From Lepidodermella squamata (Eukaryota; Animalia; Gastrotricha), in contig JBLDXI010000042.1 of the NCBI GenBank assembly GCA_047495785.1, positions 1,426,001-1,490,000 on the forward strand: a stretch of DNA of 64,000 nt. The letters run 5' to 3'. The notes under the pieces were generated by a model. It searched no databases, was not told where the DNA came from, and worked only from the letters and a program-made list of their open reading frames with translations. Shown piece by piece: positions 12,701 through 25,532 of the stretch. The stretch's first letter is position 1. Each line of letters begins with the position of its first letter. Position numbers and translations under genes: made by a program.

Positions 12701-15700
12701 CAAATGATTTTTCAACGGTTTCTAGAATAAATTGAAATTCTTATCGTAAAAAACGCAAAATATTTATCAGAATCGGAAATTTTCGATAGCGCTTGGAAGC
12801 TTGACAACATCTCGAGAGGGAGTTTTCCGCCATTTATATGAACATTTCTGAAATTTAAACTTCAGCTGTTCATAACAGTGATTACTATCGCAATTTTCGC
12901 TACCTTCTCAGCTACCTCGGCTACCAACGTTTCGTCATTTTCGTGGCGACGTGGCCATGAAACGCTGCAGAAATTGAGATTACAAAAATGAGACGCAATT
13001 GTTTTTTAATTGGATTTTCTGAGTTTGCTTTTGCAATTAGATCAGGGGTAGCTATTGCGAGCATGATGCTTTATTTTTTCAAAAGCCCTAAAAGGGGGGG
13101 GGGTTTGTAAACGGGACGGGTGGTAATAACGGGTATATTAAGCTATTACGGAATATACGGCATCTTTTTCATCAAACTTGAGTGAAGAAATTAGGGGAAA
13201 ACGCGGAATTTTTGAATTTGTACCCTGCCCGTTTCTAATGGGGGTTTAAAAATGTGCATTTATGGGGGGGAATTTTGATTTTTCGTCAAGTCCGGGCGTC
13301 GCGCGTCGCCTGACCTCCTCTATGTTCTAGCGCAAAAACTATGACGGCTAGAACAATTCTGTAAATTGCGCTGAACTCAGCATGGTCGAATTACCTAGAA
13401 ACCGCTGAAAAGACAAGAGGTCAGAAAAATCGACTTTTTGGTCTTCCGGCGCCTTGAGTTATCATTGTGATCTATCTGGATCTCTAATCGTAACTCCTGG
13501 AAGCTTCTAATATTGATATTCAAATTCCCCGTACTCGATTTAGTATTGAAATGATCCTTAAGAGAGAACATGAACGCCCACAGTCATTCGACGAAATGAG
13601 GTTGCAGGTCAAGATGACACCCTAACCTAGCCTAACTCAAGTTGACTGATGAAGATCTCTGGAGACTCACTATTTGGAGATGAACACTCTTGAAGATCAT
13701 TTCAATGTTAAATCGAGTACGGGGAATTTGAATATCAATATTAGAATATTAGAAGACAGGAGTTACGGTTAGAGATCCAGATAGATCGAATTCGAGAAAT
13801 CGATAATTTCATCGATCAATAATCGATAATCGATAGCTGAATATCGATTTTCTATGCAATTCTTAATACACTCAATTAGCTTCAAACAATCTTAAGACCC
13901 TTGAAACGCTTCAAAATGGTGCTCAACCAAGTAAAAACTCGGATATACCGGGTTTTTTTCATTTGTCAAGTTTAGAACCGACTTTCTTCCCGGTTATACC
14001 GGAATTTGGCAAAATATCGGTTGCGAACTCAGTTTTTCCGGGATTCAACGCCGAAAGATAGTAATCACTAAGTAAGTAAGTAAGTGATGACTGATTTATT
14101 TTTTACTGTGTTGGTACACTATGCTTATGCTTAGTATCAGCCTGATCAATCTTGATGAAGTGAAACTGTAGTAACAATACCGTCAGCAGATAGTTGAGCA
14201 CGCTGTTGAATTGCATTGTAGTTCAGGCTTAACTGTCCCGGTTTGTTACCAAAATCCAATATTGGCGCCGAGAAAAAAACACCAGAATGCACGTAAAGAG
14301 AAAGAGTAAACGAGGACTCGCCGAAAGCTAACTTGTCATTGGCAATAGTCGGATAGCCAATTGTGGTATCGATGCCAATTGTTGGATACAACGAGCCAAA
14401 TTGCCCAGCGTCATATTGCAGGGAATCACCAGAAAACGAAGCATCTATGCGATTACCACTGACATCTTTCAAACCATACGTCGGAGTAAGTGGTAAGTAA
14501 GCCACTTCAAATGGTAGTCCAAATGGCGTCTCTAATATCAGTAACGAAACAACTTTGAAATGAATTTATCTATGAATCGAGAACTGACGATTTTCGCATA
14601 GCTCCAGCATTGCAAACGGTTTATCAGTTGGTGCGACGGGCATTGCCACGGTCTAGTGTGAAAAATCCGCATTGGTGGAATTAGTATTATTTACGTTTCT
14701 AAACTCACCCAGCCCAAAGGACATTCGCTGGAAAGCGGCATACATTTTGCAGACATGAGTAATGCATTTGTGCACAATTTGAACTATTTAATAGCGAGGC
14801 GTTAGGCATCAAAAACAATCGGAATGAAAATTACTCTAATATCTTGTCGGCAGGAGAAGTAGTTGAAAGCGAAAGTTCCATTTGAATAAACCTTCTGGAA
14901 AACGGTTTTTCAAACAATCTGATCTCATTTTTCGCTATCGAACTAACCAATGGAACTCCTTCTGGGCACGAGGCTGAATCTTGGCACGTATTCGGATGTC
15001 CTCTAGTTGCGCATTGATAGGCACTCTTGAATTATTGAAATAGAAACATTAAATCATCATTTAGAGACCCTTACGCCTGTGTTGCAGCTTTCTTCAGAGG
15101 TATAATTTAGGCCCCCAATCTGATCAAATTAATGAACACAAGACAATCAAAATTGCGAAGACTGACATTATTCATTGAATCGGGACATTTAACATCATTT
15201 AAGCAGCCTTTGAAAGACAGGTCGTCATCGTAGCAGCGAAGAAATGTTGCGACATTGGTGTCTACGTTCAATATTTAGAATACTATTACACGAAAATCGC
15301 GATTTGTGAAACTTACTCGTACAACCAGCGAAAGAGTCGTAAGTCTGTTGAATTTCAGTTGGTTTCTAGTAAATGCAATCCACAGGAACAAATAAAAATA
15401 AAATCCGTTGAAAATAATGTTATTCATGTCGAAGCCTTAACAAAGTTCCATTTGCTCCTTGAAATTACTAATGAGACGAAACACTCACCGTCTCGGCGGG
15501 GCAAGTCGAGTTGACAGGAATGCACACTACACGAGCTTCTGTCAACCGATCAATGCAAGCTTTGTGGCGACCCTGGAGAGAATGATCTTCATAAAATCCT
15601 GCATTTAAGCCGTCAATCAAGCAATTCTTATACCTGAATTGCGGTTTGGCACGTTTGAAAGCTGTTGGCGTATAGTGCTGAGGCTATTCCAATCGCTCCG

Positions 15701-17686
15701 AGCTAGAAAATAATTACAATCAGCATTTCTAAGCTTCCACTCATTAGTGTTAGCTAACGTCGAATTTGTGTAATCCTTCTGGGCAAGAATCGAGGCAGCT
15801 GCCACCTGTTGTTGCGTCGTAACACATGTTGACAGCCTATTTCAAATTATCAGTATTCAGACGGAAATAGACTATTCAAATCTGACCCCTGTTTCGCAAG
15901 TGGCCTTTGTAGAGTAGACGGTCAGGCCAGGTGTCTAGCAAGCCAAACAAGCAAACGGTAAGGGCATCCAGACTAGGAAAGGGAACTCACCGCTGTTCCT
16001 TCGCATGGAAGCTGGGCAGGTTGACAGCCCAAGAAAACAGTGTGTCCTACGTCGAAACAGCGACGATGCGGGAACATTGACGGAGGCGCTGTGAAAATGC
16101 GTGGAATTAATTCAAAAAAAGCTAATTATGAATTTTCAATAAACCTGATTCGCATTCGCCGAGATTCGCAAATGTCACGCTGGTTGAATACTGGTTGGTG
16201 CTGCCAGGCGGGCACGATTCGCTGCCATCAGCTGGAATGCATTTCTTGAAGACAAACGTCACAGGATCCAAGCATAAAGTCTGCTGCTTCTAGATTAGGG
16301 CAATAAATGAAACCCTGATTTACGTTCTATTTCGAGCAAAAAGATACATTGTATATGGCAAGAAACGCTAGACATTGGCCATAGTTGAGACTGAATTGTT
16401 TATCGTTGTTGAATGTGGCAACCTGTTGGGGGAATATGAACAGGTGCTAATTTCATGAAGAAAAACACTCACCAGACTCATGGGATCTCTGCATATTCCC
16501 CGGCAGACTAGCTTCGGGCCAGATTTGCAGAGAGCGGCCGGCTAAAATTAAGAGTCATGGATTTGAATGAATTGTCGATCTTGCAAAGCGACCAACCCCA
16601 GTAGAACAATGATCCTTGTCAACATATATACCGCCGCTATAGATCTAAAAAATACAAGAACCTTGAAATTGATGCGAAATGAATTCCAGATTCGGGCATT
16701 TGCGTGAATATCAAAAACTCATCTATTTTGAAATTTTGAATTGAGGTTCCTGTAAAACAAGCCTGTGTTTGCGTCGCCATATCACAGCCCGTTGAATTCA
16801 GCAGACAGCCAGCGAACGAACGATCAGTCGCCGAAAAGCAGCGAACATGAGCCGAAAAATTCAAACTTTTTGGAGCTGAAAACATAAAGGAAGTGCTGCT
16901 AGTCTGGAACGATGTAATTGAAGAGACTCACAGCCGACTTCGGAGAGGCACTGGTTCATCGTAATTACCGGCCTCACTTCACTCTGCATCCAATAGAAGA
17001 AACATTTCATTATTTGTTAAAAATAGGTGAAATTCTGACCCAGCCAGATAGGCAGCTGCTATCCTCGGGAACGCACAACAATGCTTGGCCTTTCTTGCAA
17101 AGCTTAGCTGGTTTCGTCTATACATTTCAACAAAATTCAAAAAAGTGAAAAATGCAACTGATATTCAATTAATAACCATATAAGGCCGAATATCAGCGAG
17201 GCAGGCTGCGTAGCGTTGCCCGAACACTTCGCCAATGTAATCCTTGTGCTTCATTGGTGATAAAATAGCCTCAGTTAAATTATATAATAAAGTAGGGCTA
17301 AATTTACCGTAATTTCGTCCGAAGAACACGACATGATTTTTGGGAGACATCTGAGCGTGTAGAGTTTGGTGTTGTAGCAACTGTGAGCGGACTAGTAATG
17401 AGAACCAGGCTAATTAGTTTGCTAGAAAGTCGAGCTGTCAAACTCACGCCTCCCTTGCACGCATTGTATTGCGCGATTGGAGAGCCCAACTGATTGGAAT
17501 AAATTAACAATTATTTCTGATATTTCTGATTAGATTCTTCGAGTAGCTCACCTGAATTTCTTCGAATATAGAACACGCGGCTTTACAATCGATAAAGTCA
17601 TCGTTCCACCTTGATACACATCGCACGTAGCAGTCACTAACTCTGAAAGCCATTGATAGAAGGAAAAAGGCTGTGACTAAATGCAT
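9703..17686 (-). CDS. Cluster gene A: secreted protein, 12 four-Cys modules + 2 LamG/ConA-like domains (26 exons, roughly 1000 aa)
   Basis: Signal peptide MHLVTAFFLLSMAFRVSDC. Micro-exons splice in frame and match genes B and C exon for exon. LamG-like motifs AYLPL...LKDVSGN, FTLSLY, WxFLAVxYD, YSGLMSCLSIFKRALT. Stop TAA at 9703. One GC donor at 16761-16762 and a 3.5-kb intron at 10703-14180. Confidence 0.85.
11483..11559 (-). repeat. tRNA-derived sequence (SINE head or tRNA pseudogene)
   Basis: A box TGGTCTAGTGG and B box GGTTCGACTCC at tRNA spacing; acceptor and T stems do not pair. Confidence 0.6.
11668..13787. mobile_element. Nest of non-autonomous TIR elements in the large intron of gene A
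   Basis: Inverted pairs at about 11668-11760/13160-13260, 12525-12740/13385-13570 and 13465-13570/13682-13787. TTTCCGC/GCGGAA subterminal arrays at 11770-11940 and 12320-12440. Confidence 0.7.
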
Positions 17687-18775
17687 ATTGACGATTCTAT
17701 TGAAATGAAAAAATAAGAAATGAATTACAACGGAGAATTTTCAGACAATTAAAAAATATAAATCGCTCGCTCAATTCGTTCACATAAGCAGGACTGAACT
17801 GGAAAGTCACTGAAATAATTGGCTGCGGGGACAACATTAGTCGACCGATTTAAAAAAGACTAAAATCTAATCTAAAAAAGACAATATGGAAAAAATATAG
17901 GCTAGTGTGACATTTTCACTGCTCTCGGCCGTTTCATCATGAGTTAAGAAAAATGGTGCATAATACCTCATCTCGAGCAGCGCAAGCTTCTAATACATAA
18001 TTATTTTAAACTATAACATCACTCCCCTGTTTGCTAATCGTAATTCGTTTTTCGAATACGAATACATGGGCTGTTATGGAGCTAGTTGTAAGATTCCTAT
18101 TCTGACTAAGCCTGTAGACCAAGCCTGTAGACGTCACGGGCACAAAGCTCAAGGATGAATCCGCTTCAGAAAGAAATTGATCTGATATCAAATGAGTTAT
18201 CTACCAAACCTACCAATTTTTTCGTCGGTTCCCAAACTTTTCGTCTCATAGGAGAGAATGGCTCGTATAATGGCTTGCTGAAATTTGGGTGGGGAAGGGT
18301 ATATTTTTTGAGCTACAAATTTCACACAACTATTTATTTTTAGGGCGGTGAAACAGGCCCTATGAATATGGGTGTGGGAACTTTTGATGCGGAAATCGAA
18401 AAGCTTTTTATTTTGTCCTTTTTCCAAACCACCAAGAGTTAGCGAACCCACTAGTGTTTTACGTATCCTTTTGTCTTATTCCAATTCTACGTAACAATTG
18501 TTTGCAGAAAATGGCCGTCCTTCTTTCAGTTCGCTGAGTTGAAAGGCACAATTGGCAATAATTAAAATTGCATCTAAAAGGGAACATTAAAGTATTAAGT
18601 ATTGTGGATAGCCGCAGAAAACGCAGAAAAGCTGTAACTTTAATGATTGAGTTCACATTGAGCGGTTACAGTATAGAATTCGCAAATAATTAGCTAACTT
18701 TCTCATGTCGAGATATATTCAATTATTGACGCAATGTTCATGTATCTGCTTCAGTTCGTGGTGAATCTTCTGGAA

Positions 18776-21700
18776 TCATTTCAGCGCTGGGATTGAGTAA
18801 AACGCGCAGTTGATCTCGGCGATTCGTCGTTGTTCAAACGTTAGGACGTAATTGTAAACGTTCAGGCATGCAATGCTCCCCATCAACGGTTTAATTGGTG
18901 ACGCCCATGAGCTATAGAAACCAGACAAATGAGACGCAAATGAGGAAATTTAATTAAACTTACCCTGCCAAGCGAAACGTTCCGCTTACGGTGACAGGCG
19001 TAATCAACACTGCGAAGTTAGTTCCGTCACAGGATAAAGCCACTTCACCATTAGCGGAGATCGACATTGCCAGGGAATGCCATTCATAGACGCCTTCGCA
19101 CGTGCCCAACGTCTCCGATAAATCTGATGGGACTCGGAAAGAATAAGTTGCTGATGGGTTTGCAAGAACTCGAAGACCATGCACGCCTCCCTTCGGGCCA
19201 TATTCCAAAATCGGGCTGTTTTCTCGCTCCACAGATGTGGCGAGAAACGTGATGGTGTAATCGCTGCCTATGTTCAGTTTGACCTTGTCAGCTGTAACTG
19301 TGATAGGCAAAGTAGAATTGAAGTAAAACGCCGTATTATCAACACCGAAAGGTCCAGTAATTCGAGAGAGGCCAGTTTCTATTGTAACAGCATCAGCTCT
19401 TGGGTTGACGATGTCATTCAGATCGGAGACGAGAGGCCACGTGGCAATGCTTGGGGGCAGTAGGCTGTTTGAAGTAGTTGGTGACCAAATATGGCCAGCG
19501 TGAATTTGCAGACACCGTTTACGAAGAATCCAATGCTGTTGTATGGTCAGGGCGTGCTTGAAAATCGATAAACACGTCATTGAACCAATGAAAGTTTCTG
19601 AGCTGACGAAGTCGCGACCTAGCGCCAATTCTGTGCTAGTCACTGGAGGTATTGCGTTTTGCAACAACACGCCAAATGACCTTTCGCAAACTGCTGTTAA
19701 TTGCTGTGATTCCTTGTCATAGCTCACAGCAATGTAGACATAAAGGGTCGTACTGGGCCCGCGAGGCGATACGCAAGGAAACGAGTATGAGTCACCCCCT
19801 GTTGGTAAATCAAATTGATAATATTTCTATTATGTTAAGACTCTCCGCGAAAAAATGAAGATCAATAGTCAATAGAGCTATGTCTATGATTTCATTGTCA
19901 GAGTCACGGAAACGGACAAAACGGGGGACTGCCGTTAGTTCTTCATAACTGACCTGTAGTTAACCTAGCGAAATCGTAACTCCGATAAAGGCTGAACTGC
20001 GTGGGCGCATTACGAAAATCGAAAACTTGTCCACTGCTGTCATCGATACCAAAAAACAGAGATATCGTGAAAGAAGATTCACCGAACGCAAGCTTGCTGT
20101 TGATCAGAGTCGGATAACTTTCCGAGGAGTCAAACCTAACCGATGAAGATGCTGACCCGAATGGCCCATCACTATCGAAATCTAGAGAAGTACCAACAAC
20201 GGTTCCATCAACGCCGTTACCGCTGATATCGCTAAGTCCGTATTGTTTTGTTAGTGGCAAGTAAGCCACTTCGAATGGTAATCCAAAAGGCGTCTCTACA
20301 ATAAACAACATTAATCAGGATCTAATATGGGATGGCGCGAAACTTACGATTTTCGCAAGATTGAATACTTCTGAACGGCGGATCGATAGATGTGGCGGGT
20401 ATGGCTTGAGCCTAAAGTAAAAAAGCTTCACGATTATAACCGAATTTCCTCCCAATATTTTCCAACTGACCCAGCCTGCAGGACAATCGCTTGATAGTGG
20501 AACACATTTTGCTGTCATGAGCAACTGATTTGTGCACAACTTGAACTATAAAAAAGGAGCTTGAAATCAGTATCATTATTGATTAAAACGCATACGTAGA
20601 TGTCTTGGCGACATGAGTAGTAATTGAAATCGAAGTCACCATTTTCATAAACCTTCTAAAACTCATATTGAGGATTAATTGGAAAAATGTATTTATTCAT
20701 CGGACAAACCACAGGAACTCCTTCTGGGCACGAAGCTGAAGCTTGGCACGTATTTGGCTGCCCGGTTGCTGCACATTGGTACGCTCTCTTTAAAACATGG
20801 ATGGAACAGTAGAATAAAAGATAGACAAAGCTTACGCCAGTGATGCAGCTTTCTCGGGACTCGTATGATACATTTCCGATCTGTTCGAATGCATATGGTT
20901 AATTAAATTTTCATCAATATTTGCCGATATTCACATTGGTCTGGTTAGCGGGACAATCATTGAAGCAGCCAGTGAAGGACAGGTCGGCATCGAAGCAGCG
21001 CATATATTTAACTAATTTACCTAATTTCGACAATGAGATTAATTTTACTACAAAAATTCGGCTCGACAAGCTTACTAGTGCAAGCAGCGAATGAGTCATA
21101 CGACGGTCCGTTCGGTATGGGTAGCTGAAAAATGATAACGTAAGCGTCTGGGAAATGATTGGATAGTGAGCACTTGGGAAATTTCATTATCTTTCCCTAT
21201 ATTATTTAGACATGGATTTCAAAAATAACTTGAAGTCTTGGCTATTAGCATTTCCAGCGCAGCTTTTAATTCGATTCAGAATAATTTGCATGAAAAGCAA
21301 GCCCTTTACTATCAACTGCCTACTTCACTACGCATTCACTACGATTTAGAAACATTTAAGTGAAATTTTCACACACACACCTACCCAAATTAGTCATTAG
21401 CGGGAGGAACGAAAACTCACAGTCTGGATAGGGCAAATATAGTTGACCGGTATGCATACTGCACGGTTAGTTGTCAAACGATCGAAGCATTCAAAATGGC
21501 GACCCTGAATAGATGAGCCAAATGAAATCCTATTTCAAAGCTAGGGGAAAATACCCTACCTGAATTGCGGTTTGGCATGTCTGCAAGTTGTTTGCGAATA
21601 GATTTGTTCCTGTGCCGATGGCTCCAAGCTAGAATATATTAAATGCTTTCATCTTCTTGGCCGTAAAAAAGTTAGCTCACGTCAAACGTCTGCACTCCTC

Positions 21701-23546
21701 CAGGGCAGGAATCAAGGCAACTGCCACCCGTTGTAGCATCGTAGCACATATTGATATCCTATACGGAAAACATCATTCTTCAGATGAAGCTTCAACACAA
21801 ACAAGCCACCAAATTCTAACCCCTGTTTCACAAGTGGCCTTTGTCGAGTAGATTGTCATCCCAGGTGTCTTAAAAGCAACAGTTAAGGATGATCTTACTA
21901 AGAAACGGAAACTCACTGCTGTCCCTTCGCATGAAACCTGGGCAGGTTGGCAACCCAAAAAAACAGTGTGTCCTACGTCGAAACAGCGACGATGCGGCAA
22001 CATTGACGGAGGCGCTGCGAAATAAGTCCGAATTAATTACAAAAACAATTATAAATTGTTGATGAACCGGATTCACACTCTCCGAGATTTACGAATGCCA
22101 CGCCGGTTGAATACTGGTTGGTGCTACCAGGCGGGCAAGATTCGCTGCCATCAGTTACAATGCATTTCTTATACATGAAAGTCACCGGATCCAGACATGG
22201 AGTGTGCGGTTTCTAGACAGAAAATAGATATAAAACCTTGGAAAAATCGCTATTTCGAGAAATAATACGTTGTATTTGACAAGATAGGCTAGACATTGGC
22301 CATAGTTGACATCAAATTGTTTATCGCTGTTGAATGCGAGCACCTGTGAAGTGGTGATATAAATGCAACGAGATTTCTCTTCAAACAAACATACCAAACT
22401 CATTGGATCTCTGCATATTCCACGGCAGACTAAAGTTGATCCTGATTTGCATAGAGCTGCGGGCTGGAAAAAAAATGTTGAAAAATAATGGTCCGTGGAA
22501 ATTATTGGAAATTTGCAGCGACCTACCCCAGCGGAGCAATGATCTTTGTCGATGTAAATACCGCCACTGTAAATCTAATAACAAAGAGCATCAATAACAA
22601 GTTTATTTACAAATCATTGAGACCTGAGTTTGTTTCGAATCATCGCAGCCTGGTGTAGCCAACATACAGCCAGCGAATGAGCGATCCGTTTTCAAAAAGC
22701 AGCGAACGTGTGGCGAATAATCTGAACTTCTAGGAGCTGTAAACAAAACATTGTTTTATTCATACAAAATGTATAAAAAACTGTTCGACTAACAGGCATG
22801 CTGAGCTAGGCAATCTTCCATTGTGATCGATGGCAAAATGAATTGCTGAAAAAGAGTAATGAAATTGCGAAATTAAGTTGATGAAAAGTGAAAGAAATTC
22901 TCACGAAATATGCTGGGCAGTCCATTCCATTTGGAACGCACATCCAGGTGGCGCCTTTTTGGCATAACTTTGCCGGCTTTGACTGTCAAATTTACAAAAA
23001 TTAGATTAAAAATTATACTGAATAAATATCACCATAATTTGACGAATCTCAAGGAGGCAGGCATCGTAGCGAGGTTTGAAAGTCGTACCGATGTAATCCT
23101 TGTGCTACGATAAGAAAGGATACCAATCATTATGAAATTCCAGGCTAAATTTTACAGTAATTTCCGCCGCTGAACACGGAGCAATTTTAGGCAGGCATCT
23201 GAGTGTGAACAGTTTGGTGTTGTAGCAGCTGTGAGCCGACTGATGATGAGAAATAGGCAAAGTTAGTTGGAGGTATTAGGAATAAATAAGGTTTTTCCAA
23301 ACTTACTCCGCCCTTGCATGACGTGTAATCGGAAAGGGCTTGGCCCAACTGGTCGATAAAATTGACAATTACGGAAATATGTTGATGTTAACAGCTGAAC
23401 CTAACCTGAACTTCTTCGAATAGTGAGCAAGTCGCTTTGCAATCGATAAACTCGTCGTTCCACCGCGATATGCATCGCTGATACGTGGCGCAGTCACTGC
23501 TGCAAACCACGACAATGGCAAGGAAGACAGTTTTGAGTAAATACAT
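18776..23546 (-). CDS. Cluster gene B: secreted, 12 four-Cys modules + 2 LamG-like domains (26 exons, most compact copy)
   Basis: ATG 23546 gives MYLLKTVFLAIVVVCSSDCATYQRCISRWNDEFIDCKATC. The GT-AG exons read join in frame and end EINCAFYSIPALK with TGA at 18776. Confidence 0.88.
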
Positions 23547-23810
23547 GAGCTATTTTTTAGCAAAATAAAAAATGTGAAATGAAAATAAAAGAAAATAAAA
23601 ACCTAATGAGCTTGTTGATCAATTGATTTTAACCAAACGCGCCTGAAAAAAGTGGCTACGGTTGATGCAATCAAGACAAAAAATCATGACAAATGGCTAA
23701 AATAATTGGCTAAGAAGACATTCATCAAAAACGCAATATAAACTAGAAATCTGTAGATGAAAAAAACAACAGAAAACAGCTGACAATAATATTCTAAAAC
23801 AAACACAACC

Positions 23811-24112
23811 TGGGTGAGGAAGGTCGTGCTCGAAACAACAAAGCATCTGGACAATCCTTGACTAGCAATCGATTTAACGCCGATCAACAATTTGACCTAA
23901 AATGAGTCTCAATAGATAGGTACCTTTGAATTATTGCCACTAGACACTAGACGAAGGGGGCGCAAACGCAAATCGAGCAGCGGACACGAGCGAGCAATCA
24001 AGGATTGGTAACTTGCTAGCTCATGTCGAATTTGTTTGCTCCAATCTTGCTCCGAGCAATCACTTGTCCCGAACGTGGTTGATAGAAGGAAAAAAGCTCT
24101 GATTAAATGCAT
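23811..24112 (-). pseudogene. Truncated or diverged 5' paralog of gene A (signal peptide + promoter), or alternative first exons for gene B
   Basis: MHLIRAFFLLSTTFGTSDC versus MHLVTAFFLLSMAFRVSDC of gene A. The upstream 250 bp shares motifs with the gene A upstream region. RCFVVSSTTFL resembles the family motif RCFDVGHTVFL. Confidence 0.5.
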
Positions 24113-24960
24113 AATGACAATTCTTGTAGCAAGAAAAGGCGTGAAATGAGCCGAGGCTGAGTTGTAGTATCAAGGAATTAAAATTGTCAACACGGCAACG
24201 TTGCAGATGTCGGAATCAGGACTGAACTAAAAAAGGCTGGATTGATTGACAGCGGAGACAAAAATCAGGCAATCGATATGAACTAGAAATAAGACAATAG
24301 ACAATACTTTATGGACAAAACCTGAAACTAAATAGGCTGAGGTGGCACATTTGAAAATCATAACCTGTTCCTAACCAGTACAAGAATGTTCTGAAAAATA
24401 AAGATCAAAGGCTTGCCTGATTTCCGGACAATTCACATATTGCTATTTAGGACGAAAAAGATGAGCATTCCAGATTTGTTCATCAACTAAAATTTGAATA
24501 TGATTGTCTCCTTTTGTAAGCCAAACTGCTGGACCGATTATGAAACCTTCATCCGTCTAATATGGAAGTAACGAAATTCTTTAATTATTTCCTCCACGCT
24601 GAAGGGAAGTGGACAGTTTGCTTTTGGCTGAATTCCCACAACTTCCAATATCTAACTAAAAGTCAACTGGGACAACATTTTGTTCTAGTTTCATCCTTTC
24701 GAGAATTGTCCTAGCTGCCAATTATTTCAGAATTTATTAGTTCAACATTGGGTTGCGAAATGCCTGACCGCAATGAACGTAGCCAGGCGTTGTGAATCGC
24801 GTGTCGAGTCTTATGTTTTTCATCGTCGTTTTTCAAATTCAACAAAATTCGTATCGGATGAAACCGAGTTAAATTAACAGCCTAATCTTAATTTCGACGC
24901 TTTGGCGATGGTATTATTGTAGGGGAATATTTGTCCTGATTCGCCGTTGAATACCAATTG

Positions 24961-25360
24961 ATGCTCTCCATGTCAGTCATCGATGTTATTTTCGTCCTCC
25001 ATGCAACAATAGCTTCAACGATTGCTATACAATGCTTGACGTGTGCTGATAAGGCGCCCTATTGTTACAATAAGTGCGTCGAAGGGCTCGATTGCAGCCG
25101 ATTGGCAACAGCGACTACTTGCAATTTCGAGGCTCAATTTTGCAAATTTCAATGGTCTGCTCTCACAGGTTTTCTCTATTCAAAAATATATGGCCTTTTC
25201 ACTGACTTCGAACTTTCCAACAGCTATTACCGTTTTAAGTTGCGCTACGTCGGATGATTGCCCAGTAGAACAACTAGAGCCTAATCTTGGTGGAAACAGC
25301 GGCAGCATAAGGGACGTTGCCTTATGTTGCGATTATGATGGATGCAACAGCGTTGGTTAG
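24961..25360 (+). CDS. Ly6/uPAR (three-finger) domain secreted protein
   Basis: Hydrophobic leader, then IQCLTC...C...C...C...C...FC. A 55-nt intron (25169-25223) joins in frame to AITVLSCATSDDC...LCCDYDGCN, the diagnostic CCxxDxCN end. A further GPI-signal exon is possible. Confidence 0.8.
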
Positions 25361-25441
25361 TTGTATTTAGGTAATTGGTTATAATTAATTCAAAACTCGG
25401 AAATCGAATTCTTCAAATTTTATGTATTATATAAAGCATGT

Positions 25442-25532
25442 CTATCGGTGCAGTATTCGAGAAATGCGCGGATAACGCACGAGGCCGTAGGCCGAGGGCG
25501 TTATTGCGCATTTCGAGAATACTGCCCGATAG
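25442..25532. repeat. Long imperfect hairpin, probably the end of a non-autonomous DNA element
   Basis: ctatcggtgcagtattcgagaaatgcgcggataacgc pairs with gcgttattgcgcatttcgagaatactgcccgatag around the loop acgaggccgtaggccgagg. Confidence 0.65.
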
